A stretch of 64,000 bases of DNA, taken from NCBI RefSeq assembly GCF_009914755.1, contig NC_060941.1. One strand, given 5' to 3'. Each line of letters begins with the position of its first letter. Position 1 is the first letter of the stretch. A program made the position numbers and the translations under genes. Source of the DNA: the human T2T-CHM13v2.0 reference genome, Homo sapiens. Below are positions 55,411 to 64,000 of the stretch, in pieces. Below the pieces are notes generated by a model, which saw nothing but the letters and a program-made list of their open reading frames with translations, had not been told where the DNA came from and ran no database searches.

Positions 55411-55979
55411 ATACTCTTTTTCTGATAAATGACTCAGTCTTTTTGTGTGGCTGCCAATGGAATCTGTTTTTACATTCCGACAAGTATATTTTGGGTTATG
55501 TCCCAGTGTTGACTACTCAGTGTTAAGCTTCTCAGACACACGGTAGGCCTCTATGATATATAGATTCAGGTGCTCTTTTAGTTTGAACACATTTTATTCC
55601 ATTATCATTCTAAATATTTGCTCCATTCTACTGCTTTATTTTACTCTTTGACAGGTTCCAATTATATATACACTGAAAATCCATTGACTATCTTCTCGTT
55701 AATCTGTTTTTTTCATTTCTTAAAAAATAGTCTTTTATTTTTTAGAGCAATCTTAGATTCCCAGCAAAATTGAGGGGAAGTACAGAGTTCCAGTACACAC
55801 CCCACCCAGCACATGCAGACTCTACCCCCAACCCTCTGCTTCTTAATCAACATCTTTACCAGAGTGGTACATTTGTTACAATTGATGAACCTACATCGAC
55901 ATATCATTATCACCCAAAGCCCATACTTTACATTAGGTTTCTCTCTCAGTGTTGTACCTTCTATGGATTTGGACAGATT

Positions 55980-56361
55980 ATTTTTTAAATTTCATTTCAA
56001 TAGCTTGTTGGGGAACTATTGTGGTTTTTGTTTACATAGATAAGTTCTTTAGTGGTCATTTCTGAGTTATTGGTGCAGCTGTCATCCGGGCAGTGTTCAC
56101 TGTACCCAATGTGGAGCCTTTTATCCCTCACCACCCCTATTCTTCCCCCTAAGTCCCCAAATTCCATTGTAACATTCTTGTGCCTTTGTGTCCTAATAGC
56201 TTAGTTCCCACTTATAAGTGAGAACGTATGATATTTGGTTTTTCATTCTTGAATTATTGCACTTAGAATAATGGTCTCCAACTCCATCCAGGTTGCTGCA
56301 AAGGCCATTATTTTGTTCCTTTTTCTGGCTGAGTCATATTCCATGGTATGTGTATTTTATT

Positions 56362-56397
<36 letters not shown>

Positions 56398-56628
56398 TAC
56401 ACACACATATATATATGTGTATATATATGCCAACATCTACTTTTTTTACTTTTAAATTATGGCCATTCTTGCAGGAATAAGAATGGTAAGGTGGTATCAC
56501 ATTGTGGTTTTGATTTGCATTTCCCTGGTCATTAGTGATGTTGAGCATTTTTTTCATATGTTTGTTGGCCATTGTATATCTTCTTTTGAGAATTGCCTAT
56601 TTATGCCCTTTGCCCACTTTTTGATGGG

Positions 56629-56663
<35 letters not shown>

Positions 56664-58470
56664 TACACACACATATATACATATATATGCATATATATGT
56701 GTATATATACTTATATATACATGTATATATATACATATAAAGAAAATGTGGTATATATATATATATATATATACCACATTTTCTTTATTCACTTGTTGGT
56801 TGATGGGCATTTAGGCTGGTTCCATATTTTTGCAACTTCAGGTTCTCCTGCTAGAAACATGTGTGTGCAAGTGTCTTTTTCATATAATGATTTATTTTCC
56901 TCTGGACAGATATTAGGTAGTGGGATTGCTGGATCAAATGGTAGATCTACTTTTAGTTTTTTAGGGAATCTCCATACTGTTTTCCATAGTGGTTGTACTA
57001 GTTTATATTCCCACTGGAAATGTAAAAGTGTTCCCTTTTCACCACATCCATGCCAACATCTATTTTTTTTTATTTTTAAATTATGGCCATTCTTGCAGGA
57101 ATAAGAATGGTAAGGTGGTATCACAGTGTGGTTTTGATTTGTATCTCCCTGATCATTAGTGATGTTGAGCATTTTTTCATGTTTGTTGTCCATTATATAT
57201 CTTCTTTTGAGAATTGTTTGTTTATGTTCTTTGCCCACTTTTTGATTGGATTATTTTTTTTTTTGCTAATTTTTTTGAGTTCCTTGTAGATTCTGCATAT
57301 TAGTCCTTTGTTGGATGCATAGTTTGCAAATGTTTTCTCCAACTCTGGGTTGTCTGTTTACTCTGATTATTATTTCTTTTGCTGTGCAGAAGCCTTTTAC
57401 TTTAAGTCCCAACTATTTTTTATTTTGTTGCATTTGCTTTTGGGTTCTTGGTCATAAATTATTTGCCTAAGCCAATGTATAGAAGAGTTTTTCTGATATT
57501 ATCTTCTAGAATTTTTATGGTTTCAGGTCCTAGATTTAGGTCTTTGATCCATCTTTAGTTGATTTTTATATAAGGTGAGAGATGAGGATCCAGTTTCCTT
57601 CTTCTACATGTGGCTTGCCAATTATCGCGGCACCATCTCTTGAATAGGGTGTCCTTTCCCTACTTCGTGTTTTGTTTGCTTTGTCAAAGCTGGGTTGGCT
57701 GTAAGTATCTGGGTTCTCTATTCTGTTCCATTGGTCTATGTTCCTATTTTTATACCAGTATAGTTTGAAGTCGGGTAATGTGTTGCCTCCAGATTTGTTC
57801 TTCTTGCTTAGTCTTGCTTTGGCTATGCGTGCTCTTTTTTGATTTCATATGAATTTTAGGATTGTTTTTTCTAGTTCTGTGAAGGACAATGATGGTATTT
57901 TGATGAGAATTGCATTGAATCTGTAGATTGCTTTAGGCAACATAATCATTTTCATAATATTGAATGATACCCATCCATGAGCATGGAATGTGTTTCCGTT
58001 TGTTTGCATCATCGATGATTACTTTCAGCAGTGTTTTATAGTTTTCCTTGTAGAGATCTTTCACCTCTTTGGTTAGGTATATTCCTAAGTACTTAACTTT
58101 TTTTTTTTTTTTGCAACTGTTTTAAAGGGGGTTGAGTTCTTGATTTGATTCTCAGCTTGGTGTGCAGCAGTGCTACAGATTTACATACATTGACTTTGTA
58201 TCCTGAAACTTTACTGAATTCATTTATAAGATCTAGGAGCTTCTAAATGAGTCTTTAGGGTTTTCTAGGTATACAATCATATCATCAGTAAACAGTGACA
58301 GTTTGATTTCCTCTTTACAGATTTGGATGCCCTTTATTTCTTTCTCTTGTTTTTCTGTTTCCCCTTATTTGTCCTCTTGTCATAGATTTTGAGTACTATG
58401 TTGAATAGAAATGGAGACAATAGGCATCATTGTTTTGTTCCAGTTCTCAGGAGGAATGCTTTCAACTTCA
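55980..58470 (-). mobile_element. L1PB-like 3' portion with complex (TA/CA)n tracts and an internal duplication
   Basis: Reverse-complement 3'UTR and ORF2. Confidence 0.85.
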
Positions 58471-58968
58471 TCCAAGCCTTCCATAAAATCCTTGTATAAG
58501 CACTGGTAATAGGATAGGGAAGTTTCAGTCCTGCTAACTCCTGTTCCTACTCCTACTCTACCTCATATTGGGTTGGCAGTCTTTACAAGCACGTCAGCCT
58601 TTGAATTGGTGCCCTGGAAGTTTTCTCTCTAATCCAATGGCACGATCTCCAAAGTTATCAGAAACTTGCATTTAAGAGTTCTTTTCATGAACCCCTCCAA
58701 AGAAGTAATTCTTGAACTGTAGCTGATTATAACTCACTTTTTTTTTTGAGAAGGATCAAAGCCAAACATCAATTGTGGATGACAAAAGTCTTAAGACAGA
58801 CATAAAGACACAGTTGACCAGGAAATTAGGTTATTTATTATTTTAACATAATAATCATACATTACTGACAACATATATTAAGACACATTAGAATTTTAGG
58901 AATTTCATATAATCCTGGAACACATATTAACGACACATTTATATAAATATAACCCAAAGGAAGCTTAA

Positions 58969-59308
<340 letters not shown>

Positions 59309-59381
59309 ACTTCCTGTATAATTCTAACATTACAAATAAGCCTAATAAGCCCAGCATGTCTCTCTTGAAGTTCAGGGAATC

Positions 59382-59743
59382 CATTTCCCAATAAGTTCCT
59401 TATTTCCATTTGAGAACTCCTCAGCCTGGAGTTCATTGTCCATATCACTATCTGCATTTCAGTCAAAACCATTTAACCAATATCTAAGAGCCTCCAAATT
59501 TTCCCTCATCTTCTTGTCTTCTTCTGAACCCTCAAAGCTCTTCCAATACCTGCCTGTTACCCAGTTCCAAACCTGCTTCCACACAAAAACTCACTATCAC
59601 AAGGACAGTACCAACAGGGATGGTGCTGTCATTCATGAGAAATCTGCTCCCATGATCCAATCACCAGCAACCAGGCCCTACCTCCAACATTGGGGATTAC
59701 ATTTCATGAGATTTGGGTAGGGACATATGTCCAAACTATATTA
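59382..59743 (-). mobile_element. MST-type MaLR LTR/internal fragment
   Basis: cccatgatccaatcacc...catgagatttgggtagggaca...ccaaactatatta. Confidence 0.75.
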
Positions 59744-60427
59744 ACCACATATATCTGTTTCTCCAGGATTGGTCCCTGGTGACTTATTTAGTTGTTTGGT
59801 GTGGTCATGTTTTCCTGGATGATCTTGATGCTTGTGGATGTTCATCAGTGTCTGGGAATTGAAGAGAGGTATTTATTGTAGTCTTCATAGTTTGGGCTTA
59901 TTTGTTCCCATTCTTGTTAAGCATTTCCAGGTATTCAAAGGGACTTGGGCCCCAAGCCCAACAATGCTGTGGCTTTTGTAGACTTGTAGAGGTACCACCT
60001 TGGTGGTCTTGGATAAGGTCTGGAAAAAGTCTGTAGATTACCAAGCAGAGACTCTTGTCCTTTTCCCTTACTTTCTCTTAAATAAATGGAGTCTTTCTGT
60101 CTGTGGTGAGCCACCTGGAACTGGGGGTGTGGTGATACAAGCACCCCTGAGGCCACCACCACTGAGACTGTGCTGGATCATACCTGCAGCCAGCATAGCA
60201 CTGGGTCTTGCCCAATGCCCACAATAACTACAATCTGGCTACCATCTATGATCACTCAAGGCTCTAAGACTATACAATCAGCGGGTGGCAATGGCAGCCA
60301 GGTTTGTATCCTTTCCTTCAGGGCAGCAAGTTTCCCCAGGCAGGTCCAGAGATGCTGTCTGTGAGTCAGGAATTGGAGGCAAAAACCAATAAATAATAAA
60401 CATCAGAGAAGAAATAAATAAAATTGA

Positions 60428-60793
<366 letters not shown>

Positions 60794-61654
60794 GTTTTTT
60801 TTTTTTTTTTTTGAAAAGATACATAAAGCCAGGCACAGTGGCTCATGCCCAGCACTTTGGGAGGCCAAGATGGGAGGATTGCTTGAGCCCAGGAATTCAA
60901 CATATGCAAATCAATAAACATGATACATCATGTCAACAGGATCAAAGACAAAAACCATGTGATCATTTCAAGAGATGCTGAAAAGGCATTCAATAAAATT
61001 CAACATTCCTTCATGATAAAAACTCTCAACAAATTGGGATAGAAGAAACATACCTAGACATAATAAAGGCTATATGTGACAAACCTACAGTTAATATGAT
61101 AATATTACATTTCCAGCAGGAGTGTAAAAGTATTTCCTTTTCACCACATGCATGCCAACATCTGTTAATTTTTTATTTTTAATTATGGCCATTCTTGCAG
61201 GTGTAAGGTCATCTTGTTGTGGTCTTAATTTGCATTTCCCTGTCCATTAGTGATGTTGAGCATATTTTCATATGTTTGTTGGCCATTCGTATATCCTCTT
61301 TTGAGAATTGTCTATTCATATCCTTTGTCCACTTTTTGATGGGATTCTTTGTTTTTTTCTTGCTGATTTGTTTGAGTTCCTTGTAGATTCAGGATATTAG
61401 TCTTGTCAGATGCATAGTTTGAAAATATTTTCTCCCACTCTGTGGGTTGTCTGTTTACTCTGCTGATTATTTCTTTTGCTGTGCAGGAGGTTTTAGTTTA
61501 ATTAGGTCTGATCTATTTATTTTTGTTTTTGTTGCATTTGCTTTTGTGTTCTTGGTTATAAACTCTTTGCCTAAGCCAATGTCCAGAAGTGTTTTTCTGG
61601 TGTTATCATCTAGAATTTTAATGGTTTCAGGTCTTAGATTTAAGTCTTTAATTC

Positions 61655-62369
61655 ATTTCCTTTTCCCTAGAGACAATCAAGCTTTCGATGATCATGTGAT
61701 GAGGTTTCCAGTCAGTTCCAGGTGAAGACACCACTGGCCATCAAGAAGCTACCCTCTCCCCACCAGACAGAGCAGGATGAGAGTTCTATAATCCTCAATA
61801 GGTAGGGACGGTGCTCCAAGTCAGCATGAAGCAGTTACAGAAGAAAGACCCTCAGTCCCCCTGCCTCCCATAAAGATTTATGGGGATCACATCTCTCAGA
61901 GGGGAAATGCACAGGAGAACTGGGCCTGGAGGCAGAGAACCTAACCCCACCTCTCCACACCCAAGTAGTAAAGGGATCAGAGGCTACTTTCTTTGTAACT
62001 CTCCCCATCTTTTCTGCATTGCAGATGAAAAATGAAAGTACCTCTGATTGGCCAAGTCTTCATGTATAACTTTGTAACTTTACTTCAGACTCTGATTGGT
62101 CACCTTCCACAACCATTCAGACTGGTTATGGGCCATTATTTCATTTACATAGGGTGTAAAGCAAATAACCAATGGGAAACCTCTTGAGGGTATTTAAACT
62201 CCAGAAAATTCTGTAACCCCTGCTCTTGAGCCACTTGCTTCAGCCCACTCCCATTCTGTGGAGTGTAGTTTCATTTAAATAAATCTGTGCTTTTCTTTCA
62301 TTGCTTTGTGCATTTTGTCCAATTATTTGTTCAAAACACCAAGAACCTGGACACCCTCCACTGGTAACA
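61655..62369 (+). mobile_element. ERV1 3' end: PPT + MER51-like LTR (61908-62369)
   Basis: PPT agaggggaaa; LTR ends caagaacctggacaccctccactggtaaca; several CCAAT boxes. Confidence 0.75.
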
Positions 62370-62996
62370 TCATCAGTAATAATTATGATTATTATTTTAA
62401 ATTGCATGCCACAGAAATAACCAAATTTCCTTGTCAACTGTGTCTTTGACTACGGCTATCCTAAGACTTTTTTCATCCACAAATGTTGTCTTGCTGTGAT
62501 CCTTCCAAAAAACGTTACTAATAATCAGCTACAGTCCAAGTCTTGTTTCTTTGGAGGAGTTCATTAAAAGGACTCTTGAATGCAGGTTTCTGATAACTTT
62601 GCAGATTGTACCATTAGATCAGAGAGAAAACTTTCACTGCACTTATTGAAAGGCTGATATGTTCATAAAGATTGCTAATGCAATATGAAGCAGAGTGAGA
62701 GTTGATTGCATTGACAGAACTAATGGAGGACTGAAATAATTTTTATGGCTTTTTTTGTTTGAAATATTGCTGATTCTTTTTGTTTTGTTTTTTGGAGTCT
62801 GAAGAATTGTTTTCTTTTGAGCTATTTATAAACTTGAAACATATTTTAAGTGTATTAAGTAAATATACGTTTGTAAACAGAATTTGAGTCATATTTTTCT
62901 CTCTGCCTAATTTCTCCAGAATTTGTAAACTATTTGTAAATATTCTTAATTCACAGCAATGTATTTGATTGCATATGGTTCATAACAACATGTTTT

Positions 62997-64000
<1,004 letters not shown>

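Overview
Primate (human-like) genomic DNA. Bases 1-~13.6 kb hold the 3' half of the Schlafen gene SLFN5 on the + strand: three coding exons (906-1031, 4118-4838, 5007-5823) encoding the linker, SWAVDL and SF1-helicase-like C-terminus, then a ~7.8 kb repeat-rich 3'UTR. The rest is largely nested transposon debris: an ERVL relic, an L1PA4-like element carrying an antisense LTR12C solo LTR, THE1, an ERV1 with a tRNA-Phe PBS, an L1PA7-like element carrying a deleted HERV30-like provirus, older L1s, Alus and LTRs. The main discovery is a fossil long-form Schlafen gene at ~28.6-35.5 kb. It is shattered by L1/MLT1/Alu insertions but keeps its exon-intron structure, stop codon and 3'UTR homology to SLFN5, and an inverted second copy of its 3' end sits at 28.0-28.6 kb. 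Repeat subfamily names are from recall of consensus sequences, and repeat boundaries without TSDs are approximate.
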